Positions 1 to 14,070 of a stretch of 64,000 bases of DNA are shown here, piece after piece. The stretch spans positions 320,850,001 to 320,914,000 of the forward strand of contig OZ024742.1 of the NCBI GenBank assembly GCA_964016885.1, written 5' to 3'. Position numbers and translations under genes: made by a program. The notes under the pieces are model-generated. The model made no database searches. It was not told the DNA's origin and was given only the letters and a program-made list of their open reading frames with translations. Position 1 is the stretch's first letter. Each line of letters opens with the position of its first letter. The stretch is from Eledone cirrhosa. Taxonomy: Eukaryota.

Positions 1-3000
1 TGTGTAGGAACACCTCTAGTGTAGGAACACCTCTGTGTAGGAACACCATTAGTGTAGGAACACCTCTAGTGTCGGAACACCTCTAGTGTAGGAACACCTC
101 TAGTGTAGGAACGCCTCTGTGTAGGAACACCATTAGTGTAGGAACACCTCTAGTGTAGGAACACCTCTAGTGTAGGAACACCTCTGTGTAGGAACACCTT
201 TAGTGTAGGAACACCTTTAGTGTAGGAACACCTCTAGTGTAGGAACACCTCTACTGTAGGAACACCTCTAGTGTAGGAACACCTCTTGTGTAGGAACACC
301 TCTGTGTAGGAACACCTCTGTGTAGGAACACCTCTAATGTAGGAACACCTCTAGTGTAGGAACACCTCTTGTGTAGGAACACCTCTAGTGTAGGAACACC
401 TCTAGTGTAGGAATACCTCTAGTGTAGGAACACCTCTAGTGTAGGAACACCTTTAGTGTAGGAACACCTCTAGTGTCGGAACACCTCTAGTGTAGGAACA
501 CCTCTAGTGTCGGAACACCTCTAGTGTAGGAACACCTCTAGTGTCGGAACACCTCTAGTGTAGGAACACCTCTGTGTAGGAACACCTTTAGTGTAGGAAC
601 ACCTCTAGTGTAGGAACACCTCTAGTGTAGGAACACCTCTAGTGTCGGAACACCTCTAGTGTAGGAACACCTCTAGTGTAGGAACACCTCTAGTGTAAGA
701 ACACCTCTAGTGTAGGAACACCTCTAGTGTAGGAACACCTCAGGTGTAAGAACACCTCTAGTGTAGGAACACCTCTAGTGTAGGAACACCACTGTGTAGG
801 AACACCTTTAGTGTAGCAACACCTCTAGTGTAGGAACACCTCTAGTGTAGGAACACCTCTAGTGTAGGAACACCTCTAGTGTAGGAACACCTCCGTGTAG
901 GAACACCTCTAGTGTAGGAACACCTCTAGTGTAGGAACACCTCCGTGTAGGAACACCTCTAGTGTAGGAACACCTCTGTGTAGGAACACCTCTGTGTAGG
1001 TACACCTCTAGTGTAGGAACACCTCTGTGTAGGAAGACCTCTGTGTAGGAACACCTTTAGTGTAGGAACACCTCTGGTGTAGGAACACCTCTGGTGTAGG
1101 AACACCTCTGTGTAGGAACACCTCTAGTGTAGGAACACCTCTGTGTAGGAACACCTCTAGTGTAGGAACACCTCTGTGTAGGAACACCTCTAGTGTAGGA
1201 ACACCTTTAGTGTAGGAACACCTCTAGTGTAGGAACACCTCTATTGTAGGAACACCTTTAGTGTCGGACCACCTTTAGTGTAGGAACACCTTTAGTGCAG
1301 GAACACCTCTAAAGTAGGAACACCTCTAGTGTCGGAACACCTTTAGTGTAGGAACACCTTTAGTGTAGGAACACCTCTAGTGTAGGAACACCTCTAGTGT
1401 AGGAACACCTCTAATGTAGGAACACCTCTAGTGTAGGAACACCTCTTGTGTAGGAACACCTCTACTGTAGGAACACCTCTAGTGTAGGAACACCTCTGTG
1501 TAGGAACACCTTTAGTGTAGGAACACCTCTAGTGTCGGAACACCTCTAGTGTAGGAACACCTCTAGTGTAGGAACACCTCTGTATAGGAACACCTCTAGT
1601 GTAGGAACACCACTGTGTAGGAACACCTTTAGTGTAGCAACACCTCTAGTGTAGGAACACCTCTAGTGTAGGAACACCTCTAGTGTAGGAACACCTCTAG
1701 TGTAGGAACACCTCCGTGTAGGAACACCTCTAGTGTAGGAACACCTCTAGTGTAGGAACACCTCCGTGTAGGAACACCTCTAGTGTAGGAACACCTCTAG
1801 TGTAGGAACACCTCTGTGTAGGAACACCTCTGTGTAGGTACACCTCTAGTGTAGGAACACCTCTGTGTAGGAACACCTCTGTGTAGGAACACCTTTAGTG
1901 TAGGAACACCTCTGGTGTAGGAACACCTCTGGTGTAGGAACACCTCTGTGTAGGAACACCTCTAGTGTAGGAACACCTCTGTGTAGGAACACCTCTAGTG
2001 TAGGAACACCTCTGTGTAGGAACACCTCTAGTGTAGGAACACCTTTAGTGTAGGAACACCTCTAGTGTAGGAACACCTCTAGTGTAGGAACACCGTTAGT
2101 GTCGGAACACCTTTAGTGTAGGAACACCTTCAGTGTAGGAACACCTCTAAAGTAGGAACACCTCTAGTGTCGGAACACCTTTAGTGTAGGAACACCTTTA
2201 GTGTAGGAACACCTCTAGTGCAGGAACACCTCTAGTGTAGGAACACCTCTAATGTAGGAACACCTCTAGTGTAGGAACACCTCTTGTGTAGGAACACCTC
2301 TACTGTAGGAACACCTCTAGTGTAGGAACACCTCTGTGTAGGAACACCTTTAGTGTAGGAACACCTCTAGTGTCGGAACACCTCTAGTGTAGGAACACCT
2401 CTAGTGTAGGAACACCTCTGTGTAGGAACACCTCTGTGTAGGAACACCTCTAGTGTAGGAACACCTCTAATGTAGGAACACCTCTACTGTAGGAACACCT
2501 CTAGTGTAGGAACACCTCTAGTGTAGGAACACCTCTGTGTAGGAACACCTTTAGTGTAGCAACACCTCTAGTGTAGGAACACCTCTAATGTAGGAACACC
2601 TCTAGTGTAGGAACACCTCTAGTGTAGGAACACCTCCGTGTAGGAACACCTCTAGTGTAGGAACACCTCTAGTGTAGGAACACCTCCGTGTAGGAACACC
2701 TCTAGTGTAGGAACACCTCTAGTGTAGGAACACCTCTGTGTAGGAACACCTCTGTGTAGGTACACCTCTAGTGTAGGAACACCTCTGTGTAGGAACACCT
2801 CTGTGTAGGAACACCTTTAATGTAGGAACACCTCTAGTGTACCAACACCTCTGGTGTAGGAACACCTCTGTTTAGGAACACCTCTAGTGTAGGAACACCT
2901 CTGTGTAGGAACACCTCTAGTGTAGGAACACCTCTGTGTAGGAACACCTCTAGTGTAGGAACACCTTTAGTGTAGGAACACCTCTAGTGTAGGAACACCT

Positions 3001-6000
3001 CTAGTGTAGGAACACCTTTAGTGTCGGAACACCTTTAGTGTAGGAACACCTTTAGTGTAGGAACACCTCTAAAGTAGGAACACCTCTAGTGTCGGAACAC
3101 CTCTAGTGTAGGAACACCTCTGTGTAGGAACACCTTTAGTGTAGGAACACCTCTAGTGTCGGAACACCTCTAGTGTAGGAACACCTCTAGTGTAGGAACA
3201 CCATTAGTGTAGGAACACCTCTAGTGTAGGAACACCTCTAGTGTAGGAACACCTCTGTGTAGGAACACCTTTAGTGTAGGAACACCTTTAGTGTAGGAAC
3301 ACCTCTAGTGTAGGAACACCTCTACTGTAGGAACACCTCTAGTGTAGGAACACCTCTTGTGTAGGAACACCTCTGTGTAGGAACACCTCTGTGTAGGAAC
3401 ACCTCTAATGTAGGAACACCTCTAGTGTAGGAACACCTCTTGTGTAGGAACACCTCTAGTGTAGGAACACCTTTAGTGTAGGAACACCTCTAGTGTCGGA
3501 ACACCTCTAATGTAGGAACACCTCTAGTGTCGGAACACCTCTAGTGTAGGAACACCTCTAGTGTCGGAACACCTCTAGTGTAGGAACACCTCTGTGTAGG
3601 AACACCTTTAGTGTAGGAACACCTCTAGTGTAGGAACACCTCTAGTGTAGGAACACCTCTAGTGTCGGAACACCTCTAGTGTAGGAACACCTCTAGTGTA
3701 GGAACACCTCTAGTGTAAGAACACCTCTAGTGTAGGAACACCTCTAGTGTAGGAACACCTCTAGTGTAAGAACACCTCTAGTGTAGGAACACCTCTAGTG
3801 TAGGAACACCTCTGTGTAGGAACACCTTTAGTGTAGCAACACCTCTAGTGTAGGAACACCTCTAGTGTAGGAACACCTCTAGTGTAGGAACACCTCTAGT
3901 GTAGGAACACCTCCGTGTAGGAACACCTCTAGTGTAGGAACACCTCTAGTGTAGGAACACCTCCGTGTAGGAACACCTCTAGTGTAGGAACACCTCTGTG
4001 TAGGAACACCTCTGTGTAGGTACACCTCTAGTGTAGGAACACCTCTGTGTAGGAAGACCTCTGTGTAGGAACACCTTTAGTGTAGGAACACCTCTGGTGT
4101 AGGAACACCTCTGGTGTAGGAACACCTCTGTGTAGGTACACCTCTAGTGTAGGAACACCTCTGTGTAGGAACACCTCTAGTGTAGGAACACCTCTGTGTA
4201 GGAACACCTCTAGTGTAGGAACACCTTTAGTGTAGGAACACCTCTAGTGTAGGAACACCTCTATTGTAGGAACACCTTTAGTGTCGGAACACCTTTAGTG
4301 TAGGAACACCTTTAGTGCAGGAACACCTCTAAAGTAGGAACACCTCTAGTGTCGGAACACCTTTAGTGTAGGAACACCTTTAGTGTAGGAACACCTCTAG
4401 TGTAGGAACACCTCTAGTGTAGGAACACCTCTAATGTAGGAACACCTCTAGTGTAGGAACACCTCTTGTGTAGGAACACCTCTACTGTAGGAACACCTCT
4501 AGTGTAGGAACACCTCTGTGTAGGAACACCTTTAGTGTAGGAACACCTCTAGTGTCGGAACACCTCTAGTGTAGGAACACCTCTAGTGTAGGAACACCTC
4601 TGTGTAGGAACACCTCTGTGTAGGAACACCTCTAGTGTAGGAACACCTCTAATGTAGGAACACCTCTAGTGTAGGAACACCTCTTGTGTAGGAACACCTC
4701 TACTGTAGGAACACCTCTAGTGTAGGAACACCTCTAGTGTAGGAACACCTCTAGTGTAGGAACACCTCTAGTGTAGGAACACCTCCGTGTAGGAACACCT
4801 CTAGTGTAGGAACACCTCTAGTGTAGGAACACCTCCGTGTAGGAACACCTCTAGTGTAGGAACACCTCTAGTGTAGGAACACCTCTGTGTAGGAACACCT
4901 CTGTGTAGGTACACCTCTAGTGTAGGAACACCTCTGTGTAGGAACACCTCTGTGTAGGAACACCTTTAGTGTAGGAACACCTCTAGTGTAGGAACACCTC
5001 TGGTGTAGGAACACCTCTGTGTAGGAACACCTCTAGTGTAGGAACACCTCTGTGTAGGAACACCTCTAGTGTAGGAACACCTCTGTGTAGGAACACCTCT
5101 AGTGTAGGAACACCTTTAGTGTAGGAACACCTCTAGTGTAGGAACACCTCTAGTGTAGGAACACCTTTAGTGTCGGAACACCTTTAGTGTAGGAACACCT
5201 TTAGTGTAGGAACACCTCTAAAGTAGGAACACCTCTAGTGTCGGAACACCTTTAGTGTAGGAACACCTTTAGTGTAGGAACACCTCTAGTGTAGGAACAC
5301 CTCTAGTGTAGGAACACCTCTAATGTAGGAACACCTCTAGTGTAGGAACACCTCTTGTGTAGGAACACCTCTAGTGTAGGAACACCTCTAGTGTCGGAAC
5401 ACCTTTAGTGTAGGAACACCTCTAATGTAGGAACACCTCTACTGTAGGAACACCTCTAGTGTAGGAACACCTCTGTGTAGGAAGACCTCTAGTGTAGGAA
5501 CACCTCTAGTGTAGGAACACCTCTGTGTAGGAACACCTTTAGTGTAGCAACACCTCTAGTGTAGGAACACCTCTAGTGTAGGAACACCTCTAGTGTAGGA
5601 ACACCTCTAGTGTAGGAACACCTCCGTGTAGGAACACCTCTAGTGTAGGAACACCTCTAGTGTAGGAACACCTCCGTGTAGGAACACCTCTAGTGTAGGA
5701 ACACCTCTAGTGTAGGAACACCTCTGTGTAGGAACACCTCTGTGTAGGTACACCTCTAGTGTAGGAACACCTCTGTGTAGGAACACCTCTGTGTAGGAAC
5801 ACCTTTAATGTAGGAACACCTCTAGTGTACCAACACCTCTGGTGTAGGAACACCTCTGTGTAGGAACACCTCTAGTGTAGGAACACCTCTGTGTAGGAAC
5901 ACCTCTAGTGTAGGAACACCTCTGTGTAGGAACACCTCTAGTGTAGGAACACCTTTAGTGTAGGAACACCTCTAGTGTAGGAACACCTCTAGTGTAGGAA

Positions 6001-8845
6001 CACCTTTAGTGTCGGAACACCTTTAGTGTAGGAACACCTTTAGTGTAGGAACACCTCTAAAGTAGGAACACCTCTAGTGTAGGAACACCTCTGTGTAGGA
6101 ACACCATTAGTGTAGGAACACCTCTAGTGTAGGAACACCTCTAGTGTAGGAACACCTCTGTGTAGGAACACCTTTAGTGTAGGAACACCTTTAGTGTAGG
6201 AACACCTCTAGTGTAGGAACACCTCTACTGTAGGAACACCTCTAGTGTAGGAACACCTCTTGTGTAGGAACACCTCTGTGTAGGAACACCTCTGTGTAGG
6301 AACACCTCTAATGTAGGAACACCTCTAGTGTAGGAACACCTCTTGTGTAGGAACACCTCTAGTGTAGGAACACCTTTAGTGTAGGAACACCTCTAGTGTC
6401 GGAACACCTCTAGTGTAGGAACACCTCTAGTGTCGGAACACCTCTAGTGTAGGAACACCTCTAGTGTCGGAACACCTCTAGTGTAGGAACACCTCTGTGT
6501 AGGAACACCTTTAGTGTAGGAACACCTCTAGTGTAGGAACACCTCTAGTGTAGGAACACCTCTAGTGTCGGAACACCTCTAGTGTAGGAACACCTCTAGT
6601 GTAGGAACACGTCTGTGTAGGAACACCTTTAGTGTAGGAACACCTCTGTGTAGGAACACCTTTAGTGTAGGAACACCTCTGTGTAGGAACACCTTTAGTG
6701 TAGGAACACCTCTAGTGTAGGAACACCTCTAGTGTCGGAACACCTCTAGTGTAGGAACACCTCTAGTGTAGGAACACGTCTGTGTAGGAACAACTTTAGT
6801 GTAGGAACACCTCTGTGTAGGAACACCTTTAGTGTAGGAACACCTCTGTGTAGGAACACCTTTAGTGTAGGAACACCTCTAGTGTAGGAACACCTCTAGT
6901 GTCGGAACACCTCTAGTGTAGGAACACCTCTAGTGTAAGAACACCTCTAGTGTAGGAACACCTCTAGTGTAGGAACACCTCTAGTGTAAGAACACCTCTA
7001 GTGTAGGAACACCTCTAGTGTAGGAACACCTCTGTGTAGGAACACCTTTAGTGTAGCAACACCTCTAGTGTAGGAACACCTCTAGTGTAGGAACACCTCT
7101 AGTGTAGGAACACCTCTAGTGTAGGAACACCTCCGTGTAGGAACACCTCTAGTGTAGGAACACCTCTAGTGTAGGAACACCTCCGTGTAGGAACACCTCT
7201 AGTGTAGGAACACCTCTGTGTAGGAACACCTCTGTGTAGGTACACCTCTAGTGTAGGAACACCTCTGTGTAGGAAGACCTCTGTGTAGGAACACCTTTAG
7301 TGTAGGAACACCTCTGGTGTAGGAACACCTCTGGTGTAGGAACACCTCTGTGTAGGAACACCTCTAGTGTAGGAACACCTCTGTGTAGGAACACCTTTAG
7401 TGTAGGAACACCTCTAGTGTAGGAACACCTCTAGTGTAGGAACACCTTTAGTGTAGGAACACCTCTAGTGTAGGAACACCTCTGTGTAGGAACACCTTTA
7501 GTGTAGGAACACCTCTAGTGTAGGAACACCTCTAGTGTAGGAACACCTTTAGTGTAGGAACACCTTTAGTGCAGGAACACCTCTAAAGTAGGAACACCTC
7601 TAGTGTCGGAACACCTTTAGTGTAGGAACACCTTTAGTGTAGGAACACCTCTAGTGTAGGAACACCTCTAGTGTAGGAACACCTCTAATGTAGGAACACC
7701 TCTAGTGTAGGAACACCTCTTGTGTAGGAACACCTCTACTGTAGGAACACCTCTAGTGTAGGAACACCTCTGTGTAGGAACACCTCTGTGTAGGAACACC
7801 TCTAGTGTAGGAACACCTCTGTGTAGGAACACCTTTAGTGTAGCAACACCTCTAGTGTAGGAACACCTCTGTGTCGGAACACCTCTAGTGTAGGAACACC
7901 TCTAGTGTAGGAACACCTCCGTGTAGGAACACCTCTAGTGTAGGAACACCTCTAGTGTAGGAACACCTCTAGTGTCGGAACACCTCTAGTGTAGGAACAC
8001 CTCTAGTGTAGGAACACCTCCGTGTAGGAACACCTCTAGTGTAGGAACACCTCTAGTGTAGGAACACCTCCGTGTAGGAACACCTCTAGTGTAGGAACAC
8101 CTCTAGTGTAGGAACACCTCTGTGTAGGAACACCTCTGTGTAGGTACACCTCTAGTGTAGGAACACCTCTGTGTAGGAACACCTCTGTGTAGGAACACCT
8201 TTAGTGTAGGAACACCTCTAGTGTAGGAACACCTCTGTGTCGGAACACCTCTAGTGTAGGAACACCTCTAGTGTCGGAACACCTCTAGTGTAGGAACACC
8301 TCTAGTGTAGGAACAGCTCTAGTGTAGGAACACCTCTGTGTAGGAACACCTTTAGTGTAGGAACACCTCTAGTGTAGGAACACCTCTAGTGTAGGAACAC
8401 CTCTAGTGTCGGAACACCTCTAGTGTAGGAACACCTCTAGTGTAGGAACACCTTTAGTGTAGGAACACCTCTAGTGTAAGAACACCTCTAGTGTTGGAAC
8501 ACCACTAGTGTAGGAACACCTCAGTGTCGGAACACCTCTAGTGTAAGAACACCTCTAGTGTAGGAACACCTTTAGTGTAGGAACACCTCTAGTGTAGGAA
8601 CACCTCTCTGTAGGAACACCTCTAGTGTAGGAACACCTCTCTGTAGGAACACCTTTAGTGTAGGAACACCTCTGTGTAGGAACACCTTTAGTGTAGGAAC
8701 ACCTCTAGTGTAGGAACACCTCTCTGTAGGAACACCTTTAGTGTAGGAACACCTCTGTGTAGGAACACCTTTAGTGTAGGAACACCTCTAGTGTAGGAAC
8801 ACCACTAGTGTAAGAACACTTCTGTGTAGGAACAGCCTCTAGTGT
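1..8845. repeat. 17/16-bp tandem satellite (CTCTAGTGTAGGAACAC / CTCTGTGTAGGAACAC), roughly 520-530 units, runs off the window start
   Basis: Unit read directly. Recurrent variants (CTTTAG, GTCGG, GGTACAC, TAAAGTAGG) repeat in blocks. Confidence 0.98.
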
Positions 8846-9049
8846 TTAGGAATTTTTCATCAGTGGCGTTTATCCACTCTGTACTGAGAGAAGAATAAGC
8901 TATAGCTTATACGACAACAGATATAGCAATGATACGATCACGTATAAAAACACCCACAGCGAGACATATATTTTATTGTATATAAACATGTTGTATAAAC
9001 CTTCATATGCACCTTCATTAAGAATCACGCTGTATTAGTAATATATATA

Positions 9050-9606
9050 TACAAGTTTGTTTTGAAACAGCGAGCGAAGTTTGACATTTTTAGTCAGTGG
9101 TTCCCAAACTGGGGTATGCCGTCTCCTAGAGAACCTCGAAGGCTTAGCCAAATTTTACTGTGATTGAAGTTTTAAATCTAGGAAGACAATGGCAATCGCG
9201 TTAGTTTACTAACAGCCCTGAGATTTCAAATCAATTCTGTATTACTGATGAGGAATCTATATGAATAAGTACATATTCAACAATTGTTTCTATAAAATCC
9301 CATATCCAATTAGCAAAACCTCTTTAGAAAGCGTTGAACTTGATAGCAGTTTTGGGCATTTTGATACTACTTAAATTAAATCGTTGTAGAAATGCTGCTA
9401 CAATATGATAGGGGACCGCGAGACATCCAAAAAAGGTAAGGGGACCGCCGAGAACAAAATTTGGAAAAGTTTGGGAACCACTGTTTTAGTAGAAATAGAA
9501 GCTTTCGCCGTATTTTTTGACTAAAAAAATGTTTGCTTTAATGGAAAAGGATGAGTATTGACGTACATGGGAGCCGAACCCCCGCCCTCGGTTATCCAGA
9601 CCACTG

Positions 9607-9607
<1 letters not shown>
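9050..9607 (-). mobile_element. tRNA-like SINE-type repeat interrupted by a MITE; second, fold-back copy at 15953-16219
   Basis: Minus strand has B-box-like GGTTCGGCTCCC near 9570-9582. 9050-9090 and 9490-9570 match 15953-16110 (AACAGCGAGCGA, TCGCCGTATTTTGACTAAA, GATGAGTATTGACGTACATG). Confidence 0.55.
9095..9483. mobile_element. hAT (Charlie-like) MITE
   Basis: Perfect 16-bp TIR CAGTGGTTCCCAAACT / AGTTTGGGAACCACTG. TTTTAGT is repeated on both flanks (near 8-bp TSD). No ORF. Confidence 0.85.
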
Positions 9608-9659
<52 letters not shown>

Positions 9660-9819
9660 AATATAAATATATATGTTTATAACTGATTTAGAGCACTCAA
9701 CAGTTTCCTGCAGTAAATATTCAATGATATTAAATAAATGGAAACTATATTTATAAAACCATATTTATTTTATTATATATATTTCAAGGGTACCAAAACA
9801 CTTCATAAAACAAACTTTG

Positions 9820-9882
9820 TATTTTATCTGAAGAAAGCATACCAAAGTGTTTTGGTACCCTTGAAATATATATAATAAAATA
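9820..9882 (+). ncRNA. Type I hammerhead ribozyme motif, inside fold-back element ~9670-9927
   Basis: TATTTTAT-CTGAAGA-AAG..TACCAAA/TTTGGTA..CTT-GAAA-TATATA-TA-ATAAAATA: 8-bp stem I and palindromic minimal stem III. Confidence 0.8.
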
Positions 9883-10010
9883 AATATGGTTTTATAAATA
9901 TAGTTTCCATTTATTTAATATCATTGTATATATATATATATATACACACACAGATGTACATATGCATGTGTAGTTGTGTGTGACCTTTTTTATATGCGTC
10001 ACGTATACAT

Positions 10011-10081
<71 letters not shown>

Positions 10082-10372
10082 TCTCTCTCTCTCCCTCTCT
10101 CTCTCTCTTTATATATATATATATATAGATATATATATATAGATATACATATATGTATATATAAGGGTACGAAACTCTCAGGTGAGTTGGACAACAGAAG
10201 GACTTCAGAGAAGAACCCCCCCCCCCCAAGCGAGTGTTGTGTTTCAGCATTTATATATATATATTGATATGTGTGTCTGACCATTTGTGTGTATGTGTAT
10301 TTGCGTCTGTGTGTGCGCATCGCATTGAAACATACTCTCTTCCATCTTTACTACTTGAAATATGATTATATC

Positions 10373-10998
<626 letters not shown>

Positions 10999-11486
10999 AT
11001 ATATAATTGCCTTTTCGGGCGTATACTTTCTATCCTGCTGTGTCTGAAATCGAGAACGAAAAATTGTAATATCAAAATGTCTCCCCCACTGTTGTCACCA
11101 TCGAAAGGTATGTTTAGAAGACATCGAAGCCAAGCAGCAGACGGCTATTTTAAACAAACAGGCTGAAGGAGATGCGAACTGAAACATTACAACGTTTACA
11201 CTGGTAAAAAAGAAATATGCCGACAGACTTTTCATTTTATTTTATTATCATATATGTAGATAAAAACTTTGTAAATGATATAGCATTTTCAGCGAACCGT
11301 GGCGAAAACGAAGTAATAAAACTGATATATGTATGTATGTATGTATGTACTCAGATTACATTTATATATATATACATATATATATATATATGTATATATA
11401 TATAAATGTAATCTGTGTTTTTCGAATATTAATAATAATATTCGATTCGTTTGCAATTATGCAAACAAGCCTCTTTTATATTTCAA

Positions 11487-11542
<56 letters not shown>

Positions 11543-11546
<4 letters not shown>

Positions 11547-12102
11547 TTGAAATAAAATGAAAACGAAATTTCATTTCTCACTCTTAGTACGGCACTTACT
11601 TAAATGTAAGTATGTGTGTATACGTACATATGTACGTATACACACATACTTACATTTAAGTAAGTGCCGTACTAAGAGTGAGAAATGAAATTTCGTTTTC
11701 ATTTTATTTCAACTTATCGTTCTCGGTATGCCTGACCGACATAACTCACTCGATATGCAAATTAGGCTGCTCAGCCGTTAATTTTCATAAGGAAAGTATA
11801 TACTTTCGAACGTTCAACTATCTGGCAGATGGGTATACGGTGCTGATGATAGCTAACAAGCTTGAAACTAGTACATCGTTCCTGTGTCAGTGTTGAACAA
11901 AAAGGTGACGTGGTTGCCTTAACACCGTACGGCATAACATTCAGGCTGTTCAGTTTGTTTACAAACGAACAAAGCGGCGTTATAATAAGCGTCCGCTAAA
12001 CTGATACGTGCATATATGTATGTGTACCTGTATGTATATATATATATATATGCATGCTACTGTACGTCTGTATACATATATGTATGTACGTATACACACA
12101 TA

Positions 12103-12106
<4 letters not shown>
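11543..12106 (+). mobile_element. Retrozyme-like element: ~454-nt monomer with terminal redundancy plus a 5' inverted arm
   Basis: GTACGTATACACACATACTTA at 11632 and 12086. Perfect palindrome 11543-11717. Homologous to 46444-46884 and 41907-42320. Confidence 0.75.
11837..11879 (+). ncRNA. Minimal type I hammerhead ribozyme motif
   Basis: ACGGTG-CTGATGA-T-AGCT-AACA-AGCT-T-GAAA-CTAG-TA-CATCGT: stem I 6 bp with one GU, stem II 4 bp, palindromic stem III ACTAGT, predicted cleavage after GUA. Confidence 0.85.
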
Positions 12107-12146
<40 letters not shown>

Positions 12147-12174
12147 ATCAAAAGATGGTTAAAAGAGTTCCAAA

Positions 12175-12245
12175 TATTTTATTATGCGCATTTCAAAACC
12201 AAATATCATCATGGGATGATATTTGCGTTCTCATCAGATAAAATA
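12175..12245 (-). ncRNA. Type I hammerhead ribozyme motif in fold-back element ~12144-12787
   Basis: Minus strand TATTTTAT-CTGATGA-GAAC-G-CAAATATCATC-CCAT-GATGATATTTG-GTTTT-GAAA-TGCGCA-TA-ATAAAATA. A degenerate inverted copy lies at 12606-12664. Confidence 0.88.
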
Positions 12246-12784
12246 GGGAGACGTGATATGAAGCTTAAAAAACACTTGCGAGCAGTGAAGTGTTAAATCA
12301 ACATATGGAAAATAAAGTAAGATGGATATATGAGGTTGGGGGAAAAAAGGATGGGGGGAGGGGGGTAGGCAAAAAGTAGGGAAGAGGAAGAAAGAAAATA
12401 AAGGATGACGGGGGAGGAATATAAGAAGGAAGGAGGAGAGAGGAGGAGAAATGAGAGAGAGAAATAGCCTTTACAACTGCGAAAACATTGTCTCACAGGG
12501 AGAAATTAAAAAACCGTTGAAAGATAATAGATAATTTTAAAAGATTTTGAAATTATGAGGTTTATGAATGGTGATGTTTATGATAAGGAAAAAGGATTTA
12601 AGAATAGTATTTATTTAAGATTTATAAAATGCGCATGTTTTTGAAATGCGCATAATAAAATACTTGGAACTCTTTTAACCATCTTTTGATCTTATATTAT
12701 TTATACTCCAGTCCTATAAACTGTTGAGTGCTACTTATCCGATATTTGCATTGCTTTATTTGCATACAATAAAACTCACATCCT

Positions 12785-12848
<64 letters not shown>

Positions 12849-12851
<3 letters not shown>

Positions 12852-13045
12852 ATCAAGTAAGACCCCGACGGCTGAGCTCAAGCCGTTTCGACGACGGCTA
12901 ATTCTGGACTACAGAATTAGCCGTCGAAACGGCTTGAGCTCAGCCGTCGGGATCTTACTTGTTCCTATTACCCACTCTACTACCCTAAGTATTGAGTACT
13001 TTGGTGCGTTATGGTCCACCTGGTTCCTTACCACATTTCCTTCGT
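12849..13045 (+). mobile_element. Fold-back (TA)n-inserted element with HHR 3' half; copies at 14828-15030, 42768-42965 (-), 44311-44505, partials at 15620 and 27738
   Basis: ~55-bp hairpin containing GAAACGGC-TTGAGCTCA-GCCGTC, followed by a shared tail ATTGAGTACT.TGGTGCGTTATGGTCCA..TGGTTCCTTAC. Flanked by (TA)n. Confidence 0.75.
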
Positions 13046-13358
13046 TATATATATATATATATATATATATATTTGGTATGTTTATATACATTTTTTCCTC
13101 TAACTTTGATTTTATACCTAATTGTGTATGGTTGACGATATATTTAATCGATTTCCACGTGCTATTGAAATGGTGGGTTAATATTCTATGGCTGTTGATC
13201 GCGAATAGATAGCTATCGTTTATTTATCTATTATTTCTTCATAGGTGCCTTTTAATCTTATAGCCTGGTTTAATTGTTTTCTTTTGTGTGGTTGATTATG
13301 GTGATTGGGAGAGGAGATGGTGTATATATTTTATCAAATGATTCTATGGACATACTTT

Positions 13359-13470
<112 letters not shown>

Positions 13471-13496
13471 TATATATATATATATATATTTGTGAA

Positions 13497-14070
13497 GGCG
13501 CGTGGCTGAGTGGTTAGAGAATTAGATTCGCAATCGCGAGGTTGTGAGTTCGATTCCTGGACTGTGCTATGCATTATGTCCTTGAACAAGACACTTTATT
13601 TCTCGTTGCTCCTTCTACCTGGATTAGCAATTGGAAATTGTTTCCTCGGTCAGATTTGACGAAAGTCGATCGACTTCTATATATATATAATATATATATT
13701 TATTATATATATATATATATATACTCATTAAAAACAGCTCGGACTAAAACACTATACATATTTCAATAGCCCAACTTCATCAACCGAATATGATGTAAGG
13801 CGCAGACGATTTCATCAGGTGTTAATTGCAGAGTTAGTTACATAAGTGAATAGGATTTTGACGAACAGAAAATAGAAAATAGAGGACCGATTTTGATTCG
13901 AGGATGGCCCGCTGATTCCGTGTTGTTGGGCTGTATCTGTAATTCAAAGGACAGCATTGTCACACACGTTAAGTGGTACACTCAATCTGTGGAATGTTCT
14001 GCCACTTACACATGAATTTGTTGATTGAACTACTGGAATACACATCGTCGAAACGGATGAAAGTCCATTC
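13497..14070 (+). mobile_element. tRNA-derived SINE, interrupted by an HHR element at ~13680-13925
   Basis: A box TGGCTGAGTGG, B box GTTCGATTCC, then GTCCTTGAACAAGACACTTTATTTC. The 3' part (TGTAATTCAAAG..TTGTCACA) resembles 36660-36790. Confidence 0.75.
13748..13823 (-). ncRNA. Type I hammerhead ribozyme motif (same family as 27251-27325)
   Basis: Minus strand AACAC-CTGATGA-AAT..long stem II..ATT-GAAA-TATGTA-TA-GTGTT. Confidence 0.72.

Noticed and set aside
1-8845. CRISPR-like array
   Set aside because: Head-to-tail monomers with no unique spacers, no cas genes, and a eukaryotic context.
9244-9270. CTGATGAG as another hammerhead
   Set aside because: No GAAA/NUH or stem I partner; it lies inside the hAT MITE.
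12250-12600. Autonomous Penelope RT/GIY-YIG coding remnant
   Set aside because: No recognisable motifs; all RT ORFs in the window are Tx1 or RTE type.
13497-13570. tRNA gene
   Set aside because: A and B boxes are present, but there is no good acceptor stem and it continues into a SINE body.
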